Origin: Bacillota bacterium
GTDB taxonomy: Bacteria > Bacillota > Sulfobacillia > JAJZYS01 > JAJZLH01
DNA length: 64,000 bases
Reading direction: 5' to 3'
Assembly: GCA_021803575.1 (NCBI GenBank)
Contig: JAJZLH010000010.1
Coordinates: 11,055-75,054 of the forward strand
Part shown: positions 45,087 through 54,627 of the stretch, in pieces
How positions within the stretch are numbered: the first letter of the stretch is position 1
Layout of the letters: each line of letters opens with the position of its first letter
Translations under genes and position numbers: made by a program
Notes under the pieces: generated by a model
What the model saw: the letters and a program-made list of their open reading frames with translations, nothing else
The model's database searches: none
Told to the model about the DNA's origin: nothing

Positions 45087-45674
45087 CTACCAGCCGCTTG
45101 ACGAACTGCCCGACGATCCGCTGGACGAAGAGCCGGACGAGGAACTTCCCGAGGAGCTGCTGGGCGGAGCGGAGCTCGCACCGGAACTGCTGCCCGAGGA
45201 CTGGCTGGAATAGGAGCTGCCAGAAGATCCACCGGAGGATCCGCCTGTGCTCAGGATGTAGGTGGCGGTCACCGTGGTGGCGGCCTTGACCGGAACCGAG
45301 ATGCTGGAGCCGCTCATGGCGGTCGCTGAGTAGGCGCCGGCGTCACCGTTCAGGGTCCAGCCCGAAAAGGGCCAGGTGGCTGAACTGACCGGCGACTCAC
45401 TGATGGTGGCCGTGGAGTTGCAGGGCACCGAGACCTTCTGCGAGGCCGAGGTGACCGTGGTGTTGACGCTGCCGTCGACGACGGTGACCGAACCCCAGAC
45501 TGTCCCCGAGGCCTGCGTGACGTTGACGGTCAAGGTGCAATTGGACGTGGAGCTGGCGGATCCGCTGGCGGGGGGCGGACTGCTCGTGCTCGCGCTGGCA
45601 CTGCCGCCGCAGCCGGCCACCAACACCAGGAGCGCCGCGCCCACCAATATCGGGAAGAGGCGCACATGCCTCAC
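45087..45674 (-). CDS. lipoprotein with Ser/Gly-rich low-complexity C-terminal tail
   Basis: Signal peptide + lipobox 'LVLVAGC'. Tail 'GGSSGGSSGSSYSSQSSGSSSGASS...SSGSSSSGW'. Confidence 0.55.
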   Translation of the reverse strand: MRHVRLFPILVGAALLVLVAGCGGSASASTSSPPPASGSASSTSNCTLTVNVTQASGTVWGSVTVVDGSVNTTVTSASQKVSVPCNSTATISESPVSSATWPFSGWTLNGDAGAYSATAMSGSSISVPVKAATTVTATYILSTGGSSGGSSGSSYSSQSSGSSSGASSAPPSSSSGSSSSGSSSSGSSGSSSSGW

Positions 45675-45737
45675 CTCCTACACTTGAAGTAGTTCAAGTA
45701 GTTCGAGCCATGGCAGGCGATTCCTGTCGGTCGGCGG

Positions 45738-47315
45738 CTAGGCGTCAGGGGCCATCTGGTCGAGCAGAAACTGGAGCAGGGGGCCGCTGGGGCTGGCGTC
45801 CAGCGTCTCCTGGTGATCGAACAGGACGAAGCCTGGCGGGGCCTTGGCGGGCTTGCGGACATGGCGGCGGGCCGTGCAGTCCACCGCCACGGTGCGGGAC
45901 TGCCTGCCCTTGGAGAAATACGCGGCCAATGCCGCCGCCGCCTCCTTATCAGTGGCGCCGACGCCGCCCTGGGCGGAGAGAATGACGTGCGAGCCGGCGA
46001 TGCCGTGGGCGTGCAGCCAGAGGTCACTGGGCCGGGCCAGGCGGAGCAGGAGTTCGTTGCCGGCCTGATTGCGGCCGACCCGGACCTGGTGCCCGTCCGG
46101 TGTGCGGAAGGTGTGATAGGGGCGGGGCGCCGCCGCCTTATGGGCGCTGGATGCACCGCCGGTCGCCCCCGCTGTGTCTGGCAGCGTCGCCGCCGTGGCC
46201 ACTGCCGCTCGCTCTGCCTGGGTTGCCGCCAGGCGGGAGCGCACGGCGGGAAGAAGCTCCCTGGCCCGGGCGGCTCTGGCCGCCATCCGCCGCGCCTCTT
46301 TGAACCAGGCCTCGGCGTTGGCGGCAGGGGACAGGGCGGGGTCGAGCGGGACGGTGTGCTGGGTGCCGTCCGACCAGTCGGTGTAGGAGAACTCGCTGTC
46401 CCCCGGCGCGAGCTGGGTGACCACGCTGAGCAGCGCTTCGGCCCGGCGGCGCAGCGGCGCGGCGCGACGTGACTCCTCAATGGCGGAGGTGAGGTCCTGG
46501 GCCTGGCGCTGGAGGTGGGCCAGCGTCTTGTCCAGGACGGCCAGCCGGCGGGTGCGCACCGCCTCCGTCCGCTCCCGCTGGCGCTCGGCGCTGACATGCT
46601 CCGAGACCGCAGCGAGCAGGTCTGGTACGGCGGCCTGGGGCGGCGGCAGGTGAGAGAGGGGCAGCGGATAGAAGGGCGGCTTGAGCCCAGCCACCGCCAC
46701 CGGCTGGTACCGTCCAGGCTGCGACCAGGCCCGCTGCCAGAAGGCGTCGGCGGCTTGAGGATCGGCCGCGCTCAGGTGGTGGTACTCTCGCAGCGGCAGG
46801 GGCGGCCCGCCCATACCCGGATGGTCGGCATGGACGGCCGGGCCGAGGAGCAAAAACGGGGCGTGCGGTTCGTGGCGCAGGCGGCGCAGGCCGTCCACCA
46901 CCTCGCCCTGCTCGACCAGCAGGAGGTCGGCCCGGGAGCCGAACAGCTCTGCCACCAGGAGCAGTTCGGTCGGATCGCCGATCCGGTTGCGGCTCCTGAC
47001 GGCGATGGCCAGCTCGCGCTCGCCAAGGGGCACCCGGACGGCCTCGACGGTGCCTCCGGCCAGACGGGCCTGGAGCAGGTCCCGAAACGGATGGCGGAGA
47101 GGAGCCTGGCTACGGCTGGGCGCCGGCAGCACCGCCACCTGGTTGGCGGCGGGATCGATGGAGAGGAGCAGCGAGGCGCCGGCGCGGCCGAAGGCGAGCT
47201 GAACCGTATGCCTATCCGGCATCGAGGCCGCGCCCAGCCGAGTGCCGACCAGGCGGTCGGCCAGCGCTTCGCTGAGCGCCTTCAGCTGCAGGCCGTCGAG
47301 GGGGATCGCACTCAC
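45738..47315 (-). CDS. rqcH: ribosome quality-control factor RqcH (Rqc2/NEMF homolog; FbpA/YloA, NFACT domains)
   Basis: 'MSAIPLDGLQLKALSEALADRLVGTRL' NFACT-N start; coiled-coil middle; NFACT-R/DUF814 'GHQVRVGRNQAGNELLLRLARPSDLWLHAHGIAGSHVIL'. Confidence 0.75.
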   Translation of the reverse strand: MSAIPLDGLQLKALSEALADRLVGTRLGAASMPDRHTVQLAFGRAGASLLLSIDPAANQVAVLPAPSRSQAPLRHPFRDLLQARLAGGTVEAVRVPLGERELAIAVRSRNRIGDPTELLLVAELFGSRADLLLVEQGEVVDGLRRLRHEPHAPFLLLGPAVHADHPGMGGPPLPLREYHHLSAADPQAADAFWQRAWSQPGRYQPVAVAGLKPPFYPLPLSHLPPPQAAVPDLLAAVSEHVSAERQRERTEAVRTRRLAVLDKTLAHLQRQAQDLTSAIEESRRAAPLRRRAEALLSVVTQLAPGDSEFSYTDWSDGTQHTVPLDPALSPAANAEAWFKEARRMAARAARARELLPAVRSRLAATQAERAAVATAATLPDTAGATGGASSAHKAAAPRPYHTFRTPDGHQVRVGRNQAGNELLLRLARPSDLWLHAHGIAGSHVILSAQGGVGATDKEAAAALAAYFSKGRQSRTVAVDCTARRHVRKPAKAPPGFVLFDHQETLDASPSGPLLQFLLDQMAPDA

Positions 47316-47406
47316 CTCATCTTGATGGCGTCAGATGGCTTGGCGGCAGGAAAGGCGCCGCTATAATGGGACGAGACTTCCCACCTGGGCGGAAAGGGGG
47401 CTGACG

Positions 47407-49125
47407 ATGGCGTGGCTACCGAAGACCGAGAACCTCCGACTCCGGCGGCTCAATCTCGCAGATCTCGGCATCATGCTGTTCGTGATCTCCCTGATCGTTG
47501 CCCTGCTCCTGGCGGGACGGGTAGCGCCGGAGGACGTGCTGGCCCAGAGCGGGCCCTTCCATCTCAGCGGCTGGGCGCTGCCAGTCGACGCACTGAGGTC
47601 GCTTAGCCGCATTTTCGTTGCCTTCCTGGCCTCGCTCCTGTTCACCATTGGCTACGGATACGCCGCCGCCTACACCAAGGTGGGCGACAAGATCCTGGTG
47701 CCGCTGCTCGACATCCTGCAGTCGGTGCCGGTGCTGGGCTTCCTGGCTGCCTCGGTGGGCGGGTTCGTGCTGGTGTTCGGTCCCTTCTGGGGATTCGAGG
47801 CAGCCTCCGTCTTCGCCATCTTCACGGCCCAGGCCTGGAACATGACCTTCGCCTTCTACCACACCCTGCGCACTCTGCCCAAGGACCTGGAAGAGGTGAC
47901 CAGCGTCCTCAGGCTCAGCCGCTGGCAACGGCTGATTCACTTCGAGCTGCCGGCGGCCATCATCCCGCTGGTGCTGAACTCGATGATGAGCTTCGGCGGC
48001 AGCTGGTTCTTCCTGGCCGCCTCCGAGTCGTTCCTCTACCAGCACCGCACCATCCACCTGCCCGGCATCGGCTCCTACATCGCAGTCGCCCAGCAACAGG
48101 GCAACACCGCGGCCCTGCTTACAGCCATGGCCGCCCTGATTCTGATGATCGTGGCCGTGGACCAGCTGTTCTGGCGGCCGCTGGTGGCCTGGAGCACCAA
48201 GTTCAAGATGGGTCAGGTGCAATCCCAGGAGGAGCCGCCCAGCTCCTTCATCCTGACCACGCTGCGCCGGTCGAGCTTGATCCAGTCCCTGCGCGAGCGG
48301 GTGGTGATGCCCATCGCCGAGAGCCTGGAGGTGCGCTTGATCCGGCGGGCGGTGGCCCGCCCGCCCGCCCGCCGGGAGTGGCAGTGGGTGAGCACCGCAC
48401 TCAGCTTCGGGCTGATCGGCGGCACCGTCGTGGTGGCGGCCTTGGGCGCCGCCCACGTGGTGGCAAGCGACCTCGGCCTGGTGCCGCGGGCGATCGTGCT
48501 GGGCTTCTACACGCTGGGCAGGGTTTTGGCCGCCATTGTGCTGGGCGCGCTCTGGACCGTGCCGGTCGGCGTCTGGGTGGGCATGAACGCCCGGGTGCTG
48601 CGCTGGATGCAGCCCCTGGCCCAGATGGCGGCCAGCTTCCCGGCCAACGTCCTCTTCCCCCTGATCGTGGTGCTGTTCATCCGGGTGGGCTTGAACCTGA
48701 ATCTGGGCGCCATCCCGCTGATGATGCTCGGCACCCAGTGGTACATTCTGTTCAACGTGATGGCTGGCGCCATGGCCATCCCGGCCGACCTCAAGGAGGC
48801 CGGCAAGGTGTTCGGGCTGCGCGGCGCCCGCATCTGGCGGGAGCTGATCCTGCCCGCCATCTTCCCCTCCCTGATCACCGGCGGCATCACGGCCGCCGGC
48901 GGGGCCTGGAATGCCAGCATCGTGGCCGAGGTGGTAGTCTGGCACGGCAAGACGCTGGCCGCCTCCGGTCTGGGCGCCCTGATCACTCAGTCCACCGCCA
49001 GCGGCAACAACGTGGCCCTCTTGGTGGCGATCGTGGTCATGTCCTGCTTCGTGGTGGCCACCAACCGTCTGCTCTGGCGCCCCCTGTACCGGCTGGCCGA
49101 GACCCGCTTCCATGTGGAAGAGTAG
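47407..49125 (+). CDS. ABC transporter permease, two fused transmembrane domains (NitT/TauT-type binding-protein-dependent family)
   Basis: ATG at M25 of ORF preceded by GGGGG. Two ~285-aa halves, each with a 6-TM permease core; 573 aa. Confidence 0.75.
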   Translation: MAWLPKTENLRLRRLNLADLGIMLFVISLIVALLLAGRVAPEDVLAQSGPFHLSGWALPVDALRSLSRIFVAFLASLLFTIGYGYAAAYTKVGDKILVPLLDILQSVPVLGFLAASVGGFVLVFGPFWGFEAASVFAIFTAQAWNMTFAFYHTLRTLPKDLEEVTSVLRLSRWQRLIHFELPAAIIPLVLNSMMSFGGSWFFLAASESFLYQHRTIHLPGIGSYIAVAQQQGNTAALLTAMAALILMIVAVDQLFWRPLVAWSTKFKMGQVQSQEEPPSSFILTTLRRSSLIQSLRERVVMPIAESLEVRLIRRAVARPPARREWQWVSTALSFGLIGGTVVVAALGAAHVVASDLGLVPRAIVLGFYTLGRVLAAIVLGALWTVPVGVWVGMNARVLRWMQPLAQMAASFPANVLFPLIVVLFIRVGLNLNLGAIPLMMLGTQWYILFNVMAGAMAIPADLKEAGKVFGLRGARIWRELILPAIFPSLITGGITAAGGAWNASIVAEVVVWHGKTLAASGLGALITQSTASGNNVALLVAIVVMSCFVVATNRLLWRPLYRLAETRFHVEE

Positions 49126-49134
49126 AGGGGAGGC

Positions 49135-50454
49135 ATGAGCATGGCAAAGAGGCAGACGCTGCTTTCGGTGGATGCCCTCACCAAGGACTACACCATGCCT
49201 GGCGGCAACCCGGTCAGGGTCCTCGACCAGATCAGCTTCGGCGTCGAGGATGGCGAGTTTGTGACCATCCTCGGACCATCCGGCTCCGGCAAGTCCACCC
49301 TGCTCCGCATCATCGCCGGGCTGGTCACGCCGTCGTCGGGAGAGGTGCGCTACCTGGACCAGCCGGTGAGCGGCGTCAACCCGCATGTGGCGATGGTCTT
49401 TCAGTCCTTCGCCCTCTTTCCCTGGCTGACCGTCCAGGAGAACGTGGAACTCGGCCTGAAGTCGCGGGGGCTCTCGGTCAAAGAGCGCCACGAGCGCTCT
49501 CTCAGGGTGATTGACATGATCGGCCTGGACGGCTTTGAGGGTGCCTATCCCAAGGAGCTTTCCGGCGGCATGCGCCAGCGCGTCGGCTTTGCCCGCGCCC
49601 TGGTGATGGAGCCGGACGTGCTCCTGATGGACGAGCCCTTCTCGGCGCTCGATGTGCTGACCGCCGAGAACCTGCGCCGGGACCTCCTGGAGCTATGGCT
49701 GGAAAAGAGGATCCCGACCAAGGCGGTGCTGATTGTCACCCACTCCATCGAGGAGGCGGTGTACATGGGGGACCGGGCGGTCATCCTGTCCCGGGAGCCG
49801 GCCAGGGTGCTGGCCGAGGTGCCGATCCTGCTGCCGCACTGGCGGGAGCGGGAAGACGTACGCTTCGTGCGCCTGGTCGACCAGATCTACCAGACCCTGA
49901 CCGCCCGTCCGGTGGCGGCCGACTCCGTGTTCGCCCGCGGCCGCCCAGCCCCCGTTCCGGCGGTGCGCGCCGGCTCCTTGACCGGCATGATCGAGCTGTT
50001 GGACGACCTGGGCGGCAGCACCGACCTCTACCGGCTGGCCGACGAGCTGAACATGGACCTGGAAGACCTCTTGCCCATTCTGGAGGCCGTGGAGATGCTC
50101 GGCCTGGGCCGGGTGCGGGAAGGAGACGCCCAGCTGACGGAGACGGGGCGCGCCTTCGCCCAGGCCACGGTGCTCCGCCGCAAGGAGCTGTTCCGGGACA
50201 CCGCGCTCACGAACGTGCCGGCCCTGGCCCATATCAGGCACCAGCTGGAGCGCCACCCGCAGCACCGGGTGGGAGCCGAGAGCTTTTTGGAGTTGTTCGA
50301 GCGCTACTACAGCGCGGAGGACTCACGCAGCCAGATGGAGACCCTGATCGACTGGGGCCGCTACGCCGAGCTCTTGGCCTACGACCAGGAGACGGACCAG
50401 ATCTACCTGGAGGCTGAGACCGCCGACCCCAAGGCGGTGCCGGGGTCCGCCTGA
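49135..50454 (+). CDS. ABC transporter ATP-binding protein (NitT/TauT family) with ~190-aa C-terminal extension
   Basis: Walker A 'GPSGSGKST', signature 'LSGGMRQRV', Walker B 'LLMDEPFSALD'. The extra C-terminal domain resembles the AAA-associated C-terminal domain seen in this family. No solute-binding protein gene adjacent. Confidence 0.8.
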   Translation: MSMAKRQTLLSVDALTKDYTMPGGNPVRVLDQISFGVEDGEFVTILGPSGSGKSTLLRIIAGLVTPSSGEVRYLDQPVSGVNPHVAMVFQSFALFPWLTVQENVELGLKSRGLSVKERHERSLRVIDMIGLDGFEGAYPKELSGGMRQRVGFARALVMEPDVLLMDEPFSALDVLTAENLRRDLLELWLEKRIPTKAVLIVTHSIEEAVYMGDRAVILSREPARVLAEVPILLPHWREREDVRFVRLVDQIYQTLTARPVAADSVFARGRPAPVPAVRAGSLTGMIELLDDLGGSTDLYRLADELNMDLEDLLPILEAVEMLGLGRVREGDAQLTETGRAFAQATVLRRKELFRDTALTNVPALAHIRHQLERHPQHRVGAESFLELFERYYSAEDSRSQMETLIDWGRYAELLAYDQETDQIYLEAETADPKAVPGSA

Positions 50455-50497
50455 TCGAGGGGAGCGCGGCGTGGGCCGAAGGAAGGGGAGGGTGCCG

Positions 50498-51871
50498 ATG
50501 GCTGGCGTGATGGACTATCTGGACTCGCACAGTGAGCGGTTCATGACCGACCTCGCCGACCTATTGGCCATCCCCAGCATCTCAACCGCATCGGCGCACC
50601 GTGCCGACGTCTTGGCCGCCGCCGAACTGACCGCCCGCTACCTTAGCCGCTCCGGTCTCGAGCATGTGGCGATCCTGGACACTGCGGGCCACCCGGTGCT
50701 GGTCGCTGACTGGCTGCACGCACCGGGCCGGCCCACCTTGCTCCTGTATGGCCACCTCGACGTGCAGCCGGCAGACCCGGAGGGGGAGTGGACCTCGCCG
50801 CCCTTTCAGCCGACCGTGCGAGAGGGCCGGCTGTTCGCCCGGGGCGCTGCCGACACCAAGGCCAACGTGCTCTCCGCCCTGTGGGCCTGTGAGGCCTACC
50901 TGCAGTCCGAGGGGCGGTTGCCGGTGAACGTCCGCTTCTTGCTCGAGTGCGAGGAGGAGGTGGGCAGCCCCAGCCTCCGGCAGTTGGTGCGAAGCCGGCG
51001 GCAGGAGCTTCTGGCCAGTGCTGTGATCAATCTGGATGCCGGCCAGCTGGCCGAGGACCAGCCCGGCCTCACCACCTCCTACCGTGGCCTGGTCGGGCTC
51101 GAGGTGGAGGTCCGGACCGCCGAGACGGACGCCCATTCCGGGGGACTGGGCGGGCTGATCGCCAACGCCGCCATGACGCTGGCCCACCTTCTGGCCCGTC
51201 TCCAGGACGATGAGGGGCGCGTGCTGGTGCCCGGTTTCTACGACCAGGTCCGCCCCATCCCGCCGGACCAGGCCAGGGAACTGGCCACCCTCGGGCCCGG
51301 GGCCGAGCGGCTGGCCCAGGGCGTGGGGGCGAGGGGGCTGTGGGGAGACCCGGCGCACGGCCCGGTGGCCAGAAACTGGCTCAGGCCGACGCTGGAGGTG
51401 AACGGCATCTGGGGTGGCTTCCAGGGGGAGGGCAGCAAGACGGTGATTCCGGCCGTGGCCCGGGCCAAGATCACCTGCCGGCTGGTCGCCGATCAAGAGC
51501 CAGAGCGCGTCTTCACACTCCTGGAGGAGACGATCCGGGGCATGGCTCCGCCCTATGCCACCGTGCGGGTGAGGGCGACCTCGGGTTTTGCCACGCCCTA
51601 CCACCTGGATCCGGCACACCCGGTCGCCCGGTCGGCGGCCAAGGTGCTGACCGGCCTCTATGGCAGGCCGCCGCTGGAGGTGGGGGCCGGCGGCTCAGTG
51701 CCGGCCACAGCCATCTTCAAGGAAGAGCTCGGCCTCGACTCCGTCGCCTTCGGCTTCGCCCTGCCTGACGAGCACGTCCATGCCGCCGACGAGTTCTTCC
51801 GCCTCGCCGACCTGAGGCGGGGCCGTCAGGCGGTGGCCCTGCTCCTTCAGGAGGTGGCAGCCCAGCCGTGA
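50498..51871 (+). CDS. M20-family metallopeptidase (dipeptidase / ArgE-DapE-ACY1 type)
   Basis: ATG at M10 of ORF preceded by GGGGAGGG. 'LLLYGHLDVQPA', 'GRLFARGAADTKAN' metal-binding motifs. Confidence 0.8.
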   Translation: MAGVMDYLDSHSERFMTDLADLLAIPSISTASAHRADVLAAAELTARYLSRSGLEHVAILDTAGHPVLVADWLHAPGRPTLLLYGHLDVQPADPEGEWTSPPFQPTVREGRLFARGAADTKANVLSALWACEAYLQSEGRLPVNVRFLLECEEEVGSPSLRQLVRSRRQELLASAVINLDAGQLAEDQPGLTTSYRGLVGLEVEVRTAETDAHSGGLGGLIANAAMTLAHLLARLQDDEGRVLVPGFYDQVRPIPPDQARELATLGPGAERLAQGVGARGLWGDPAHGPVARNWLRPTLEVNGIWGGFQGEGSKTVIPAVARAKITCRLVADQEPERVFTLLEETIRGMAPPYATVRVRATSGFATPYHLDPAHPVARSAAKVLTGLYGRPPLEVGAGGSVPATAIFKEELGLDSVAFGFALPDEHVHAADEFFRLADLRRGRQAVALLLQEVAAQP

Positions 51872-51911
51872 GCGGCCAGAGGAAGCTGGGGAACAGAGGA
51901 GGAGAAAGACC

Positions 51912-52730
51912 GTGCGCGTCCTGATCTCAGTCGACATGGAGGGCATCGCCGGTGTCAGCGGGCACGATGACGTGTCTCCCGGCACCGCTCAGTACGAGCG
52001 CTTCCGCCGCCTGATGACGGCGGAGGCGAACCTGGCCGCGGCCGGCGCCTGGGCGGGTGGGGCCGACTCGGTGGTGGTCAATGACTCGCACGACGGCATG
52101 CGCAACATCCTGTACGAGGAACTCGATGAGCGGGCTGAGCTGATCTCCGGCTACAACAAGCCGCTGGGCATGGTGGAGGGGGCCGCGGGCGCCGACTGCG
52201 CCGTCTTCATCGGCTATCACGCCATGGCCGGCACGGCCCAGGCCGCGCTCGACCACACCATCTCCACGGTCCAGACCCACAACTGGTACCTGAACGGGGT
52301 GCGGGTGGGGGAGGCCCAGCTGAACGCCGCTCTCTGCGGCCACTACGGTGTGCCGGTGGTGGCGGTCAGCGGTGACGACAAACTGGGCCGGCAGGTCCGG
52401 GAGAGCCTGCCTGGTACCCGGGTGATCGTGGTCAAAGAGGCGCTGCAGCGGGAAGCGGTGCGTAGCATGGGCCGGGCAGAGGTGGCCCGGCTGATCCGCC
52501 AGGGGGTGGAGGACGGCGTGCGGGCCAGGGAGCAGATCGCTCCGATCCGTACTTCGGCCGGCGCCACCATCCAGGTGGAGTTCTCCCGGGCCGGTTTCGC
52601 CGACCTGGCGGCCATCCTGCCGGAGGCCAGGCGTGTCGATGACCGCACGCTGGAGGTAGAGGGCTCTGACGTTGTGGAAGCATGGCGGCGGGCCGACCTG
52701 ATGCTGCGCCTGGCCGGCTCCGGCCATTAG
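51912..52730 (+). CDS. dppA: D-aminopeptidase DppA (peptidase M55)
   Basis: 'MRVLISVDMEGIAGV' canonical M55 N-terminus; GAGGAGGAG before the GTG. Confidence 0.8.
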   Translation: MRVLISVDMEGIAGVSGHDDVSPGTAQYERFRRLMTAEANLAAAGAWAGGADSVVVNDSHDGMRNILYEELDERAELISGYNKPLGMVEGAAGADCAVFIGYHAMAGTAQAALDHTISTVQTHNWYLNGVRVGEAQLNAALCGHYGVPVVAVSGDDKLGRQVRESLPGTRVIVVKEALQREAVRSMGRAEVARLIRQGVEDGVRAREQIAPIRTSAGATIQVEFSRAGFADLAAILPEARRVDDRTLEVEGSDVVEAWRRADLMLRLAGSGH

Positions 52731-52765
52731 ACTGGGATCTTGAGCGGCAAAGAGGTGAGCAGACT

Positions 52766-54100
52766 GTGACCCTGAGGCCGAGCGCCCACATCGTGACCTA
52801 CGGCTGCCAGATGAACGAGAACGACTCCGAGGTGCTTCTGGCCTATCTGGAGGAGATGGGCTACCAGTGGTCGGAGACGGCGGAGGATGCCGATCTGGTG
52901 CTGGTCAACTCGTGCTGCATCCGCCGATCGGCCGAAGAGCGCGCCCTGGGCCGGGTGGGCGAACTGAAGCGGGTCAAGGAGCAGCGGCCGGACATGTTCA
53001 TCGGCCTCACCGGATGCCTGCCGCAGCAGCCCGGGCGTGCCGAGGAGATCGCCAGGCAGGCACCCCACCTCAACCTGGTGATGGGCACGCACAATCTATC
53101 CCGCTTCCCCGAGCTATACGCCCGAGCCAGCGGCCAGGCGGCCACCCTGGTTGAGATCGCGCCGGAGCCGGATCAGCTGCCAGCCTTTCCGCGCGGCCAG
53201 GTGCCGGGCCGGCGAGTCAGCGCATGGGTGACGATCCTGCGCGGCTGCGACAAGCGGTGCACCTACTGCATCGTGCCCTACGTCCGGGGCCGGGAGATGA
53301 GCCGGCCGGCAGGCGAGATCCTGGCCGAGGTGGAGGCCTTGGTCGGCCAGGGCGTGCGCGAGGTCAGCCTGCTCGGTCAGAACGTGAACGCCTATGGCAA
53401 GGACCGGCCAGCGGACGGGATCACCTTTGCCGGACTCCTCCGCCAGCTGGAGGAGGTGGACGGGCTGTGGCGGATCCGCTACACCACGTCTCACCCCCGC
53501 GACTTCACCCAGGAGATGATCGACACCATCGCCAGCTCGAAGAAGGTCTCTGACCACTTTCACCTGCCCGTCCAGTCCGGCGCCAACCCCATGCTGAAGA
53601 GGATGGCGCGCGGCTATCCGATCGAGCGCTATCTGGACTTGGTGCGGAGAGTCCGCCAGGCGCTGCCGGAGGCGACCTTGACCACTGATTTGATCGTCGG
53701 CTTTCCGGGCGAGAGCGAGGACGACTTCCTGGATACCTTGAGGCTGGTCGAAGAGGTGCGCTTCGACCGCTCGTACATGTTCATGTTCTCGCCCAGGAAG
53801 GGCACGCCGGCCGCCAGCTTCCCCGACCAGGTGCCGCTGGCCGTGAAGAAGGAGCGGCTGGCCCGGCTGATCGAGGTGCAAGACCGCATCTCCCTGGAGA
53901 AGAATCAGTGCCTGGTCGGCCGGGTGGTGGAGGTGCTGGTGGAGGGGCCGTCTGCCAAGCGGCCGGAGATCATGACCGGGCGCGCCCGGGACAACCGCAC
54001 CGTGCTGTTCGGCGGAGATCGCAGCTTGATCGGCTCCCTGGTGCCGGTGCGCCTTACGGCGGCGCACACCTGGACCATGCTCGGCGAACAGGCCAGTTGA
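52766..54100 (+). CDS. miaB: tRNA methylthiotransferase, MiaB family (radical SAM + TRAM)
   Basis: GTG at V29 of ORF preceded by AGAGGTGAG. 'HIVTYGCQMNENDSE' MTTase N-domain; radical-SAM 'CDKRCTYC'; C-terminal TRAM. Confidence 0.8.
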   Translation: MTLRPSAHIVTYGCQMNENDSEVLLAYLEEMGYQWSETAEDADLVLVNSCCIRRSAEERALGRVGELKRVKEQRPDMFIGLTGCLPQQPGRAEEIARQAPHLNLVMGTHNLSRFPELYARASGQAATLVEIAPEPDQLPAFPRGQVPGRRVSAWVTILRGCDKRCTYCIVPYVRGREMSRPAGEILAEVEALVGQGVREVSLLGQNVNAYGKDRPADGITFAGLLRQLEEVDGLWRIRYTTSHPRDFTQEMIDTIASSKKVSDHFHLPVQSGANPMLKRMARGYPIERYLDLVRRVRQALPEATLTTDLIVGFPGESEDDFLDTLRLVEEVRFDRSYMFMFSPRKGTPAASFPDQVPLAVKKERLARLIEVQDRISLEKNQCLVGRVVEVLVEGPSAKRPEIMTGRARDNRTVLFGGDRSLIGSLVPVRLTAAHTWTMLGEQAS

Positions 54101-54627
54101 GCGCCCAGAGAGGCGGATCTCTGCCGCTCTACCTGGCACCAGGGCTGAAGGTGGTATTCTGCGGCTTCAACCCGGGAGTCGCCTCCGGCCTGAGCGGCCA
54201 CTACTACGCCCACCCCTCCAACCACTTCTGGCGGCTTCTGGCCGACTCCGGGCTCACCCCCAGGCGGCTTCGGCCGGAGGAGGACGGAGAGATGCTGGCG
54301 ATGGGCTACGGCTTCACCGACCTGGTGCGGCGGATGAGCCGGTCGAGCGCCGACCTGGGCACCCTTGAGCTCCGCCGGGGCGCCAGGCGGGTGCGCGCTG
54401 AGCTCGCCCGCTACCAGCCCCGCATCTGCGCCTTCACCGGCAAGGGCGTGGCCAGGGCGGTGGTCGGCCGGCCGGTCGGCACTGGCTGGCTCGGCGAGCC
54501 GGTGGTGGCCGGGGTGAGGGGGATGGTGCTGGCCTCGCCCAGCGGCCTGGCCGCCATGGCGGCCGCTGAGCGGCTCACCCCCTACCTGGCGCTGGCCGCC
54601 GCCCTCGACCAGCCGCCGCCCGCATGA
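54097..54627 (+). CDS. mug: G/U mismatch-specific DNA glycosylase (Mug/TDG, UDG family 2)
   Basis: Proposed TTG start overlaps the miaB stop (TTGA). 'GLKVVFCGFNPGVASG', 'GHYYAHPSNHFW' match E. coli Mug 'GLRVVFCGINPG...NRFW'. Confidence 0.65.
   Translation: MSAQRGGSLPLYLAPGLKVVFCGFNPGVASGLSGHYYAHPSNHFWRLLADSGLTPRRLRPEEDGEMLAMGYGFTDLVRRMSRSSADLGTLELRRGARRVRAELARYQPRICAFTGKGVARAVVGRPVGTGWLGEPVVAGVRGMVLASPSGLAAMAAAERLTPYLALAAALDQPPPA

Noticed and set aside
47416-49491. 691-aa ORF antisense to the ABC permease/ATPase genes
   Set aside because: GC-driven open frame spanning two real genes on the other strand; its composition is not protein-like.
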